A stretch of 64,000 nt of DNA from assembly GCA_016210115.1 (NCBI GenBank), contig JACQUW010000312.1, positions 3 through 64,002 on the forward strand, read 5' to 3'. This stretch comes from Deltaproteobacteria bacterium. Its GTDB lineage: Bacteria; Desulfobacterota; Binatia; UBA9968. Shown here in pieces: positions 18,586-28,535 of this stretch; the first letter of the stretch is position 1; each line of letters starts with the position of its first letter. Made by a program: the position numbers and the translations under genes. The notes below the pieces were generated by a model. It worked only from the letters and a program-made list of their open reading frames with translations, ran no database searches and was not told where the DNA came from.

Positions 18586-18610
18586 TCGTTCCCGCGCAGG
18601 CGGGAACCCA
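18586..18610. repeat. single REP-like palindrome
   Basis: TCGTTCCCGCGCAGGCGGGAACCCA, same family as those inside the MITE-like elements. Confidence 0.65.
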
Positions 18611-18641
18611 GCACGCTATCTCAAGGTGAAGCTCTATTCTC

Positions 18642-19385
18642 GTGGAACCGCTCAAAGCAATATTTTGGATTTATCGAACGGCTTTCCTCCGCTCTCTCGC
18701 GCTTCTGGGCAGGAACTGGGGAGTCATATTTGCGCCGGTCATCTACGGCCTCTTGCTGTCACTGGCTGCGGTGGTCTTTTCGCCCTTCTGGCTTATCGGC
18801 GGAATGCTCCTGACGGCGGTGGCCGCCGCATGCGCGAGCTCAGGACTCTATCTCATTGAGAATATCGTCCGGGGAGGGAAGATTGATCTTAACGATTTTA
18901 TCAAAGGGTTCCCGGTCTATGTATGGGAGATCCTCGGCATCGCGTTTATTCTTTGGATTCCCATGACGCTGCTCTCGCGGGTCGCTTACACAACGCCGGA
19001 AGGGCCCTTTATTGTTCTGGCTGTTCGGATTCTCCTTTATATCATTCTAAACCCGGTCCCGGAATTGATCTATCAAAGCCGGATTTCAGGACTGGCTCTG
19101 CTATCGGCGAGCTATGAATTCATCGTTGCGAACTGGATCGAATGGTTCCTGCCCAATGTTTTAATAGCGGCGGCGTTCTATCTGCTGACGGTGTGGCTGA
19201 ACGCGGTGGCCGCTTACATGCCGGTTTTTGTTCAGTCCTTTCTCATTTTTTCCGCTTTCGGTCTTCTGCTTGCTTTCCTGATGATCTTTCGTGGCGTTCT
19301 CTTTTCCGATCTGAACGGTACGACGCGCCGAAGCCGCCTCTTCCGCTATCGCGCTCAGGCGTCGCGGGGAGCGGACCTGGAGTAA
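18642..19385 (+). CDS. hypothetical multi-pass membrane protein
   Basis: about six hydrophobic helices. Confidence 0.75.
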   Translation: MEPLKAIFWIYRTAFLRSLALLGRNWGVIFAPVIYGLLLSLAAVVFSPFWLIGGMLLTAVAAACASSGLYLIENIVRGGKIDLNDFIKGFPVYVWEILGIAFILWIPMTLLSRVAYTTPEGPFIVLAVRILLYIILNPVPELIYQSRISGLALLSASYEFIVANWIEWFLPNVLIAAAFYLLTVWLNAVAAYMPVFVQSFLIFSAFGLLLAFLMIFRGVLFSDLNGTTRRSRLFRYRAQASRGADLE

Positions 19386-19579
19386 AGATCCTCTTTATCA
19401 GCCCGGTCAGGGTATGAATTAGGGAAATTGGGCGGGCACATCTTTACATTGAGAGCGCGCGCGGCTATAGATGGCCGGACGGAATTCTCAAGCGTGCAAG
19501 TGATTTGGACACACTTGAAGTTCCCCTTTTAACGTCGAGCGCGCGACCGTTCTACCTCACGAGAAAGTTCTATCTAACC

Positions 19580-20893
19580 ATGGCTGACAGGAGTTTCACC
19601 GCGGCGGAGCTGCACGAAGCGTGGCCCGCGCTTTCGATGGAGGAGCGCGCCGAAGGATTTGAGCTTTTGCAGCGCGAGGAGGCGGAAAGATTTTTTACCC
19701 AGTTGAGCGCGCACGATCAGGCTCAAATGGTTTTGCTGCTGCCCCCGGGCGAACGGCGCATATGGCTCCGTCTGCTGCCGCCTGATGAGGCGGTGGACCT
19801 CATCCAAGAAGCGCCCCTCGAAGAGAGGGAAAATCTCCTCCAGCTTTTCGATGATACGACCCGCGCCGAGGTCAGGGGACTGCTGGTCTATGCCGAAGAT
19901 GACGCGGGGGGACTGATGAACCCTCGCTACGCTCGCCTCCGGCCCGACATGAGCGTCGATGAGGCGATCAGCTATCTGCGGCGCGATGCGCGCACGCGCG
20001 GTGAAAGCGCCTATTATGCCTACGTCGTCGATGCGGAAAACCGATTGCGCGGCGTGGTTTCTTTTCGCGATTTGTTTGTGTCGTCCGGAGAAAAGAGGAT
20101 CGAAACTGTAATGCGCAAAGACGTCGTCACCGCTTCCGAAGATATGGACCAGGAAGCGCTCAGCCAGCTTTTTGCGCGGCATAATCTCATAATGATTCCG
20201 GTCGTGGATTCAGAACGGCGCATTAAAGGAGTCGTTACTCTCGACGACATTATCGACGTGGTTCAAGAGGAGGCGACAGAGGATATCCAAAAAATCGGCG
20301 GCACGGCCGCCTTGGAGGCGCCCTATCTGGAAGTCCCATTGCTCCAAATGATAGGAAAACGCGCCGGTTGGTTAACGGTCCTGTTCATCGGGGAAATGCT
20401 CACGGCGACAGCGATGGGCCATTTTGAGGCGGAGATCGCCCGGGCGGTCGTTCTCGCTCTTTTTGTTCCGCTCATTATCAGCAGCGGTGGAAACTCAGGG
20501 TCGCAGGCATCGACGCTGGTTATCCGCGCGATGGCTTTGGGAGAGGTGAGACTGCGGGACTGGTGGCTGGTGGTGCGCCGTGAGCTGGCAACAGGTTTCG
20601 TTCTGGGGTCCATTTTGGCCGGAATCGGTTTGATCCGTATTCTGGTCTGGCAGTCCGCCTTCCAAATTTATGGCGAGCATTACGTTCTTGTAGGAGTGAC
20701 TGTCGCCGTTAGCCTCCTCGGCGTGGTCCTGTGGGGAACCCTGGCGGGCTCCACGCTGCCTTTGGTTCTTCGGATGATCGGTTTGGATCCGGCGAGCGCA
20801 TCAGCGCCTTTCGTCGCCACACTCGTCGACGTAACGGGAATCCTCATCTATTTCTCAGTTGCCAACGTGATGCTTCGGGGAACGCTCCTTTAG
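19580..20893 (+). CDS. mgtE: magnesium transporter MgtE
   Basis: AGGLM, CBS pair, EATEDI, SSGGNSGSQA, DPASASAPFVATLVD; ATG 19580 chosen as start. Confidence 0.95.
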   Translation: MADRSFTAAELHEAWPALSMEERAEGFELLQREEAERFFTQLSAHDQAQMVLLLPPGERRIWLRLLPPDEAVDLIQEAPLEERENLLQLFDDTTRAEVRGLLVYAEDDAGGLMNPRYARLRPDMSVDEAISYLRRDARTRGESAYYAYVVDAENRLRGVVSFRDLFVSSGEKRIETVMRKDVVTASEDMDQEALSQLFARHNLIMIPVVDSERRIKGVVTLDDIIDVVQEEATEDIQKIGGTAALEAPYLEVPLLQMIGKRAGWLTVLFIGEMLTATAMGHFEAEIARAVVLALFVPLIISSGGNSGSQASTLVIRAMALGEVRLRDWWLVVRRELATGFVLGSILAGIGLIRILVWQSAFQIYGEHYVLVGVTVAVSLLGVVLWGTLAGSTLPLVLRMIGLDPASASAPFVATLVDVTGILIYFSVANVMLRGTLL

Positions 20894-20994
20894 GAGAGCT
20901 AACCCCGGGCTAACCGGATTGGCTCGCTGCTGTGCAGCACCTGAGGGGACAAGCCTTTCCGGTCGAGGCAAGAGGCCTTGGCCTTGAGGTAGCC

Positions 20995-21597
20995 CTAAAC
21001 TCGAGGCTTTTCCGCGATGACCGTGGAGAACTCCTTGCGGGTCCCCTCGGGGGCGGGAAAGGTCTGATGGCGCGATTCCAAAATAGTCCAACCGGCAAAC
21101 CGTTCTTCCAGCTCGGTTTTTTGGAACAGGCAATAGTTGTCGGGGTCGAACATGCCCAGGTAACTTGTGCCCTCGGTCAGCACATTGACAATGGCGCGCC
21201 CTCCGGGCTTGACGTGCTCCTGGATGGCGGAGAGCAGCTTGAGGGCAGTCTCACGGCGAAAAAACATAAGCAATCCGATGGCGACGATCGTGTCGTAAGA
21301 GCGATCGATGGTCCATGTTTCAATGTCCGCCTGGATTGCTTGTACCCTTAGCCCTTCCCGCTTCGCGTCTGCATTGATGCGGGCGACGGCGGTCGGGCTC
21401 GCGTCCACGGCTACTACACGGAAGCCGCGACGGCCTGCCTCCAGGCTCAAGTTGCCAAGCCCGGAGCCAAGATCGAGGATTTCGCCCGTGAGATAGTCCA
21501 GAGCGAGGATCTCAAAGGGGTTCAGCGCATACTCTTGATCCCGAACCTGTCGCTGAAATTGCGTTTCGAAAAAATCTACGGATCTATTTTTGACCAT
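20995..21597 (-). CDS. class I SAM-dependent methyltransferase (TehB-like)
   Basis: ILDLGSGLG, VVAVDAS, VKPGG. Confidence 0.85.
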   Translation of the reverse strand: MVKNRSVDFFETQFQRQVRDQEYALNPFEILALDYLTGEILDLGSGLGNLSLEAGRRGFRVVAVDASPTAVARINADAKREGLRVQAIQADIETWTIDRSYDTIVAIGLLMFFRRETALKLLSAIQEHVKPGGRAIVNVLTEGTSYLGMFDPDNYCLFQKTELEERFAGWTILESRHQTFPAPEGTRKEFSTVIAEKPRV

Positions 21598-21683
21598 GTC
21601 AGCCACCTTACGCTTGCATCCCATTGAACGCCCGCCCTCGGTCTACGATGCGCCAGGCTCCGCTCTATCCATGAATATCCCTT

Positions 21684-23918
21684 TCATATGGGTTCAAAAT
21701 CCTGCAGCGGATCGTCGGATGCCGGCAGGAGTGAGCAAAACGTATCTATCTGGAGAAGCGTGGCGCAACCCGGGCAGTAGTATTCGTAATAGCCGCCGAT
21801 GTAGGGTTCTCCGGAAGGCGCCGAACCATGGGCCAGGTCTTTAAGGTCTCTCCGGCGCCGAAGGGCAAAGAGCTTATAATTAGCTTTGTGGTCGCAAAAC
21901 AAGTGGCCGCAGCGGACGCAGCCGATGACCTGCGTGCCATTGGACTGCATCGCGGCGAGATACTCATGAAACCGAAGCGTCTTTTCCCACCCGGCCAGAC
22001 CGCGAACAGACTCCGCTAGCCCTGACGTCGATCCGGCGCCGGGCTTGCCGTCGCGCAAGCGCTCAGCGCGAATTTCCTCGCGGCGCTTCTCCGTTTCCTC
22101 TCTGTCCGGGAACCGCTTCTCCTGTTGCAATACAACGCCATAGATCTCGCCGGCGACGCGCCGCGAGACGATTCCCACTCGCACGTCTCGCGCCACGCGA
22201 TCGGGCTCTCGGTCCAGGGGGTCTCCGTAACCGCCGCCGCCGGCCACAAAATCCGCCACGATACAGAATTCCGGGAGGGCCACTCTTCCTTTCATTTCTT
22301 TAGGATGACTGACGGTGCCCCAGTTCTCGGCTTCGATCTGTTCCGGTTGAGTCGGATAGGAGCCGCTCTTAAGTCGAGAGAGGATCGGCGCGCCGGCGGT
22401 ATGGAAGATGGCTCGAATCCCTCCTATCCCAGCGGGATATCCCCCGAACAACCCCACGCCTTCCGGCAGGCCGCTGTAGGGCCGATAGCTTACGCTGCAA
22501 TCACGGGAGCCGTAAATCATGTAGATGCGGAAGCTCCCTGCGCCGCCGGCGTATCTGCCGGGCGCCCCGCCGTCCCTGTGGAGATTGCGCGTGAAATAAA
22601 GGAACGGATACTGCATTTCGGTGCGTTCCACGTCACTGATGCCGCCCGAAGGGATATTCATATTGCCACCGCAATGAACTCCGTCTCGTGTGGGCGTTGC
22701 GCCTAATCCCGCTCCATGCGAATCGTACAAACCCTGCGCGACGACGAGTCCATTCCGGTTGTGGCCGCCGTAAAAAATGCCCGGTCCACCCGCGTACCAG
22801 ACTCCCTGCCATGGAGCGTTGATATCTTTGTGGCCGCCGCTGTAGAGCATCCTCGCGATGCAGTCACTCACGGCGATCTTCGCCTGCACACCGACTGCGG
22901 GCGCTTCGCCGCAGGCCGCCGGAAAGCTGCAATTCAAAATGGTTCCTTCCGGCACGGTGACTTTTACCGGCCGGAGCCTTCCGTCGCTCCACGGGACGTC
23001 CCAAAAGAGAAAATCCGTCAGTACGACCGCGATTTGAGCCGTGGTGCCGGCGAGCGTAGAGTTCGTGCTGTCCGTCATCTGCGGGCTTGTGCCGGTAAAG
23101 TCCAGGAACAGATCGTCGCCTTTTTTCGTCATCGAGCAGACGATTTCGTAGGCCCTCATCTCGTTGTCTTTGCGATCGAAGGCGTTGCCGAAAACCCGTG
23201 ATGCCCAGCGGCCGTCCGGCAGGCCCCGGAGGCGAGCGCGGGCGAGCCTCTCCGAGTCCTGGATCATCTTGTTTCCCGCCGCCGACGTGAACTCAAGACC
23301 AAATTTTTCCACCAGCTCCAGGTAGCGCCTCGCCAGGACATTGTTCGAAGCGATTTGAGACTTGACGTCCATGCCGACGTATTCCGGATCGCGGCACTGC
23401 TGGGTGAGACAGCGAAATACGTCCTCGCGAAATTCGCCTTCCTCGACGATCTTGAGGCCCTGGATGCGGATTCCTTCGTGATAAACTTCGCTCGCAAGAC
23501 CACGGAGCACGCCGCCAGTGTCGGCGGTGTGAATGCTGGAGGCAACCCAGGCAATCAGCTTTGCTCCATGGAAAACGGGCTTGATGATCATCATATCGAA
23601 CGTGTGCGCGCCGGCGATATAGGGATCATTGAAGAAAATCTGGTCTCCGTCGTAAAAACCGGGACTCTTTCCGTACCATTCGATGAGTTTTCTGATCGCG
23701 TCGGATGTCGCCGCCGCGAATCTCAGGTGACCCGAGCAGGCAAGGACCATTATGCCCTGCGCGGTGTAAAAAGACGCCATGCATTCGCCGCCTTGGGAAA
23801 CAATGGGAGAAGAGGTGACTCTCTGAATCGAGGTCCGTCCTTCTTCACCGATCGCCCAAAGTCGGTGGAGAAACATTTCGTATTTCACCGTGTCTAATTT
23901 GAAACCCCGGTCTGGCAT
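21684..23918 (-). CDS. hydantoinase B/oxoprolinase family protein fused to an acetone carboxylase gamma-like Zn domain
   Basis: NDPYIAGAHTFD, GGGGYGDPLDR; C-terminal CVRCGH...YYCPGCATLL. Confidence 0.88.
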   Translation of the reverse strand: MPDRGFKLDTVKYEMFLHRLWAIGEEGRTSIQRVTSSPIVSQGGECMASFYTAQGIMVLACSGHLRFAAATSDAIRKLIEWYGKSPGFYDGDQIFFNDPYIAGAHTFDMMIIKPVFHGAKLIAWVASSIHTADTGGVLRGLASEVYHEGIRIQGLKIVEEGEFREDVFRCLTQQCRDPEYVGMDVKSQIASNNVLARRYLELVEKFGLEFTSAAGNKMIQDSERLARARLRGLPDGRWASRVFGNAFDRKDNEMRAYEIVCSMTKKGDDLFLDFTGTSPQMTDSTNSTLAGTTAQIAVVLTDFLFWDVPWSDGRLRPVKVTVPEGTILNCSFPAACGEAPAVGVQAKIAVSDCIARMLYSGGHKDINAPWQGVWYAGGPGIFYGGHNRNGLVVAQGLYDSHGAGLGATPTRDGVHCGGNMNIPSGGISDVERTEMQYPFLYFTRNLHRDGGAPGRYAGGAGSFRIYMIYGSRDCSVSYRPYSGLPEGVGLFGGYPAGIGGIRAIFHTAGAPILSRLKSGSYPTQPEQIEAENWGTVSHPKEMKGRVALPEFCIVADFVAGGGGYGDPLDREPDRVARDVRVGIVSRRVAGEIYGVVLQQEKRFPDREETEKRREEIRAERLRDGKPGAGSTSGLAESVRGLAGWEKTLRFHEYLAAMQSNGTQVIGCVRCGHLFCDHKANYKLFALRRRRDLKDLAHGSAPSGEPYIGGYYEYYCPGCATLLQIDTFCSLLPASDDPLQDFEPI

Positions 23919-23962
23919 GGTTTAACTCCGGTTGCGGCGGTACTCCGTTATCTATCCATGAA

Positions 23963-24829
23963 TCATATGGGCAACTCGCCGCGGAATTCGCTATACGATC
24001 GCTCTATGTTGCCCTTCAAGCGCCCCGCCTCGGCCCAACTGCGGTACGGTCCGACATCGATGGCCGTAACCGCTTCAGATTCCGAAAGCCCCCGATTAAA
24101 GCAATTTTTTGCCTCGTTGTAGACCCAAAGCAGATAATCGCGCATTTCCATTAGCTCGGCCTTGCCGCCGACGGGTCCGTGGCCGGGGACAATAATTTCT
24201 ACGTCCATCTCCAAAATGGTCCCGACAATCCTGATCCAATTGCCGATGTGGCCGTGGAACCCTTGCGGCGTCACTTTGTGAAACGCGACGTCTCCCGCAA
24301 AGAGCAACTTGCGCCGCGGCAGGTAGATCAAACCATCGCCGCGCGTATGGCCGGTCCCCAGATGGAAGAACCGAATCTCGAGATCGCCCAAATGGAAAGT
24401 CATTTCTCCCTCAAATGTTTGATCAGGAAAACAGATCCGGACGCCGCGGAGCCCGTCGGCTAATTGAGGGTGCCCCTTGCTCCATCGTTCGATCACGTCA
24501 GGCGCCACCCGAAGGATTTCTTCGCGGCAGAGGGAATGGCTGACGATTTGGGCCGGAAGAAAGTTTTGCAGCCCAAGAAAGTGATCCGCGTGGTGGTGTG
24601 TCACAAAAACGTGAGTGACAGGAAGGCCGGTCACGGTTCGTATCCGGCCTAAAAAATCCAGCGCCATCGGGCTGGTGGCCAAGGCGTCGACGACGATCGC
24701 CCGGTCCGGTCCTATAACGAGCCCTGCATTGCTGATCCCGGCGGAGCCGGCCGCTTGCACGTAGGCATAGATTTCCGGCGCAAGCCTGATCAGTCCCGTT
24801 TCCCATTCCTTAACGAAGTCTCTCGTCAT
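23963..24829 (-). CDS. MBL-fold metallo-hydrolase (cyclase-like)
   Basis: THHHADH, GHTRGD, AGD, VPGHG. Confidence 0.9.
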   Translation of the reverse strand: MTRDFVKEWETGLIRLAPEIYAYVQAAGSAGISNAGLVIGPDRAIVVDALATSPMALDFLGRIRTVTGLPVTHVFVTHHHADHFLGLQNFLPAQIVSHSLCREEILRVAPDVIERWSKGHPQLADGLRGVRICFPDQTFEGEMTFHLGDLEIRFFHLGTGHTRGDGLIYLPRRKLLFAGDVAFHKVTPQGFHGHIGNWIRIVGTILEMDVEIIVPGHGPVGGKAELMEMRDYLLWVYNEAKNCFNRGLSESEAVTAIDVGPYRSWAEAGRLKGNIERSYSEFRGELPI

Positions 24830-24910
24830 CGTCGTTGCTTGCCCCTGTCATTACGCAATTCGAAAGGGAGAAACGGACTGGAACACGCTCCCCCGAAACA
24901 GGCTCTCAGC

Positions 24911-25993
24911 TCAGGATTTGTAAAGGCTCCGTATGAAGCCGGAGCGCTCCAGTTCCCTCAAGTACTTAGTCTCCAAAAAATCCTGAACGCTGAGTCTTGA
25001 TATTCTTTTCTCCATCTCGGATGATTCGCTTTTCAGCCGGTTCAAAGATCCCATGAGGTCTTCTTCTCTGGGATAGGGAATCGGGTCCATTCCCTTGGTA
25101 TAGGCTTCCCGCACCGCGGCCAGAAGCTCAAGATCGTCGTTTCGAGTGTATTTTTGCAGGACTTTGAGGCTCAGATCCTTGTTGGTTTTGTAGAGATAAA
25201 TGGCCTCGACGAACGCTTTCAGGAAGTTTTTCGCCGCGGCATCTTCGTCCTTCGCGATGAAAGATCGGTTGGCAATCAAAGATGTGCCCATCTCTCTAAT
25301 ATCCAAAGCGCTGAAATCGAAGAGGATCTTAAATCCCGCTTTCCGCGCCCGTAGCGCCAGTTCCGTCGATAGGACGGCGCCGTCGAGGCGACCGGCCACG
25401 AGCGCAGAGAATATTTCTGCGGTACCGCCGATTTGAAGTATCGCAACGTCCTTGTCGGGCTTGAGATTCCACCTTCTCAATCCCTCTCGTAAAAATAGAT
25501 CTCCCGTCGATCCGTACTGGGTTATGCCGACGTTTTTCCCTTTTAGCTCCTGAAGCGAGTTCAGGGCAGGCCTGACGACCATATGGCCTGAATAGCCGCG
25601 CGACGTCTGGGCCAGCACCGCGAGTTCAGCGCCGCGAGCGATGGCGGTCACCGTCGAGACTCCGCCGGTGTGAGCGAATTGAACATCTCCTCCGATAACC
25701 GCCTGGACAAGACGCGGAGTTGTCGGAATTCTAATAAGCTCTGCATCGAGCCCGTATTTTGAAAAAAGCCTGGCTTCTTTCGCGATCCAGGTGATTGCGA
25801 ATCCGCCACCAGGTCCCGCGTAGGCCGCCCGCACTTTTTTCAGCTCAGCCTCAGATCTGGCCAGGGAAGAAAAAAGCGAAAGCAGAATGGAAGCTGCCCC
25901 GATTAAAATAGCGGATCTCCAAAAAAGCTCACGCGCAGCTTTAGATGAACAATACAAGTATAATCGCGCTCCGATTCTGTCGTGACTGCTCAT
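24911..25993 (-). CDS. NitT/TauT-type ABC substrate-binding protein
   Basis: GKNVGITQYGS, LRELERSGFI C-terminus. Confidence 0.88.
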   Translation of the reverse strand: MSSHDRIGARLYLYCSSKAARELFWRSAILIGAASILLSLFSSLARSEAELKKVRAAYAGPGGGFAITWIAKEARLFSKYGLDAELIRIPTTPRLVQAVIGGDVQFAHTGGVSTVTAIARGAELAVLAQTSRGYSGHMVVRPALNSLQELKGKNVGITQYGSTGDLFLREGLRRWNLKPDKDVAILQIGGTAEIFSALVAGRLDGAVLSTELALRARKAGFKILFDFSALDIREMGTSLIANRSFIAKDEDAAAKNFLKAFVEAIYLYKTNKDLSLKVLQKYTRNDDLELLAAVREAYTKGMDPIPYPREEDLMGSLNRLKSESSEMEKRISRLSVQDFLETKYLRELERSGFIRSLYKS

Positions 25994-26224
25994 TGAGCCG
26001 CACTTCCTTGATACAATCTGCCGGTTGGGTCGCCAGTCTAGTTGCAGCCGCCGAGAATTGTCAAGCTATTCGCGCCCAGGCGGTCGGCGCGGGCAGAATT
26101 TCCGTTGCGATTGTCACCTCTCCGGATAATGTGGTACGGATGTGAGGAGTGATGACGAGAAATATTAGTGAGTGGATAACGCTTTTCATTTTCCTGGTCA
26201 TTGCGGCTCCCGGCAGCGCAGAGG

Positions 26225-26345
26225 ATGGGAATATTATACGGGAAACCGCATCTGGCATCCGGAAAGTGACGTAAACGTCGAGGGCGTCAGAACGGTCTTG
26301 CAAATTTGTGGCGAGCAGATCCAGGCAAAAGGGGCTCTGCCTGTG
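26225..26345 (+). pseudogene. probable remnant of a substrate-binding protein C-terminus
   Basis: WEYYTGNRIWHPESDVNVEGVRTVLQI...AKGALP without a credible start. Confidence 0.35.
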
Positions 26346-26397
26346 GGCCGGATATTGACGGCCTCAGTTGGACGAAGACGGAGTTCAGAGATTGATC

Positions 26398-27393
26398 ATG
26401 TGGATAAGAAGCGCAGGCATTCTGCTGTCCGGGTTAAGTCTTTTCAGCATTCATCCTCCGCTGTTATTTGGAGTCGAAAGAATCAGAGTTGGTTTGAGCT
26501 CTATGAGCAGTCTCCACGGCGCCGTCTGGGTGGCTGAAGAAAAGGGTATCTTCAAAAAGCACGGCGTTGAGCCGGAGATCATTGTTATCGGTGGAGGCGC
26601 CTCGCGAGGGGTGAGCGCTTTGATTGCCGGAGACATTCAGTTCGTGAGCGGGTCGGGCGACGCTGCAATCAATGCGAGCCTCAGGGGTGCTGACGTGGTG
26701 ATTGTGGCCTCGGTCGTGAACAAGGGCGTGCAGAGAGTCATGGCTCGAGCGGAACTGAAGACGCCAGGAGATCTCAAAGGTAAAAGAGTCGGCGTCACCC
26801 GATTCGGTGCCGCATCCCATTTAGCTTTGGGATTAATGCTGAGGAGGTGGGGTATCGGCCCGAGCGACGTCGGCGTCGTTCAGGTCGGCTCCTCCCCGGC
26901 TATGGTTGCTAGCCTGGACAAAGGAGGAATCGATGCGGCGGTGCTCAGCATCCCTCCCGCCTTTATCGCCGAGGAAAAGGGATATCGCGTTCTGGCAGAT
27001 CTTGCTCAGATGGATATCTACTATCTTCATCAGATTCTTGGCAGTACGCGGAGTTACCTGCGCGCCAATAGGGACGCAGCCGGCAGATTCATCCGAGCCT
27101 TCGTGGAGGGGATCGCTTTTTTCAAGAAAAACAAGAGAGAAAGCCTGGAGGTCTTGAGGAAAAAACTCAGAACCGATTCCGAAGGGGAGAAACATCTCGA
27201 GAAATCCTATGATCTGCTCGCTTCCACCTATTACGAAAACATTCCTTACCCTTCGATGCAGGGAGTGGAAACGGTGCTGGATTTTCTCGCAAAGGATAAC
27301 CCCAAGGCCAGAGGCGCCGACCCGAAGTCATTCGTTGAAGACAATATTTTGAAAGCGCTGGATGCGAGCGGTTTTATCAAGGCGCTATACTAA
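26398..27393 (+). CDS. NitT/TauT-type ABC substrate-binding protein (close paralogue of 13348-14346)
   Basis: long near-identical blocks, e.g. QVGSSPAM.ASLDKGGIDAAVL. Confidence 0.9.
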   Translation: MWIRSAGILLSGLSLFSIHPPLLFGVERIRVGLSSMSSLHGAVWVAEEKGIFKKHGVEPEIIVIGGGASRGVSALIAGDIQFVSGSGDAAINASLRGADVVIVASVVNKGVQRVMARAELKTPGDLKGKRVGVTRFGAASHLALGLMLRRWGIGPSDVGVVQVGSSPAMVASLDKGGIDAAVLSIPPAFIAEEKGYRVLADLAQMDIYYLHQILGSTRSYLRANRDAAGRFIRAFVEGIAFFKKNKRESLEVLRKKLRTDSEGEKHLEKSYDLLASTYYENIPYPSMQGVETVLDFLAKDNPKARGADPKSFVEDNILKALDASGFIKALY

Positions 27394-27396
27394 GAA

Positions 27397-28425
27397 ATGA
27401 GAAGTCTTATGAAGGATCCGTTGCGGGTTTTCTTAGTGCTGCTCTTTTCCTTTGTCATTGTCCCGCCTGGAACGCTTCAGGCGCAATCGAGCCATCACGC
27501 CGCGTTGATCGAGGGCGCTAGAAAAGAGGGAAAGCTGCTGTGGTACACCTCCATGGCGATCGATACCTCCAAACCTCTGCTCGATGGGTTTTTGAAGGAA
27601 TATCCGTTCATAAACGCGGAACTCGTGCGGCTGGGGGAAGAACAACTCATGAACCGTATCATGGGCGAAATCCGCGCGGGGAAATGGTCGTTCGATTTGA
27701 CGTCGGGAAGCGCGATATCCACGTTGGTGGAGCGAAAAATCATAGCGCCGTATGATTCCCCGGAGCGAGACGCGTATAGGAGCGACTTCAAGGACCCCCG
27801 GGGATACTGGACAGGGGTTTACGTGAACAACCTGATATTAGCCTACAATACGAAGCTGATAGCAGCAAAACAGGCGCCCAAAGATTATCCCGATCTCCTC
27901 GATCCAAAGTGGAAGGGAAAAATGCTGATGGACTCGACCGATTACGATTGGTTTGGGACGCTGATGCTGACGTGGGGAGCGAATAAAACTATCGAGTACA
28001 TGAAGCAGCTCGCGCGCCAGGACCCGCTATGGCGCCGCGGGCACGGTCTCACCGCCCAACTTGTGGGGGCCGGAGAAACTCCTTTGGCCTGGGCTTACAA
28101 CTTTAGGATCGAGCGGATGAAGGCTGACGGTGCTCCGGTGGATTGGGTAGACACATTTGATCCCATCGTGGTGACGATTAGCGGTATCGGTTTAAGCGCG
28201 AAGCCTACGCATCCGAACGCGGCAAAGCTCCTCATTGATTTCGCCCTCAGCAAGAGGGGCCAGGAGCTGGTACGAGAGATGAGACGGATCCCTGCGCGAA
28301 GCGACGTCGAACCTCTCGCCGCCAAGATGAACCAGAGCCGGCTTAAGCTGAAACCGGTTCCCAAAGAGATCTACCTCAACCTCGATCACTATGCGCAGGA
28401 ATTTCGGAAGATTTTTGGTCTCTGA
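27397..28425 (+). CDS. extracellular solute-binding protein (Fe3+-type ABC family)
   Basis: DLLDPKWKG, HPNAAKLLIDF. Confidence 0.9.
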   Translation: MRSLMKDPLRVFLVLLFSFVIVPPGTLQAQSSHHAALIEGARKEGKLLWYTSMAIDTSKPLLDGFLKEYPFINAELVRLGEEQLMNRIMGEIRAGKWSFDLTSGSAISTLVERKIIAPYDSPERDAYRSDFKDPRGYWTGVYVNNLILAYNTKLIAAKQAPKDYPDLLDPKWKGKMLMDSTDYDWFGTLMLTWGANKTIEYMKQLARQDPLWRRGHGLTAQLVGAGETPLAWAYNFRIERMKADGAPVDWVDTFDPIVVTISGIGLSAKPTHPNAAKLLIDFALSKRGQELVREMRRIPARSDVEPLAAKMNQSRLKLKPVPKEIYLNLDHYAQEFRKIFGL

Positions 28426-28535
28426 TTCGGATCAAGGCGGTTTTTACTGAACGAAGAGGCCACTGAAGCTGATAGAAAATGGAGTTTCCGGCGATCTTGC
28501 GTGTTTACTACCGTGAAAGGCGAAAGGGGGGAGAG

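Noticed and set aside
19390-19580. M-box (ykoK) riboswitch upstream of mgtE
   Set aside because: Characteristic conserved M-box sequence blocks not seen
20890-21680. Methyltransferase gene as a possible solo gene cassette
   Set aside because: No convincing R''/L''/L'/R' attC structure at either end
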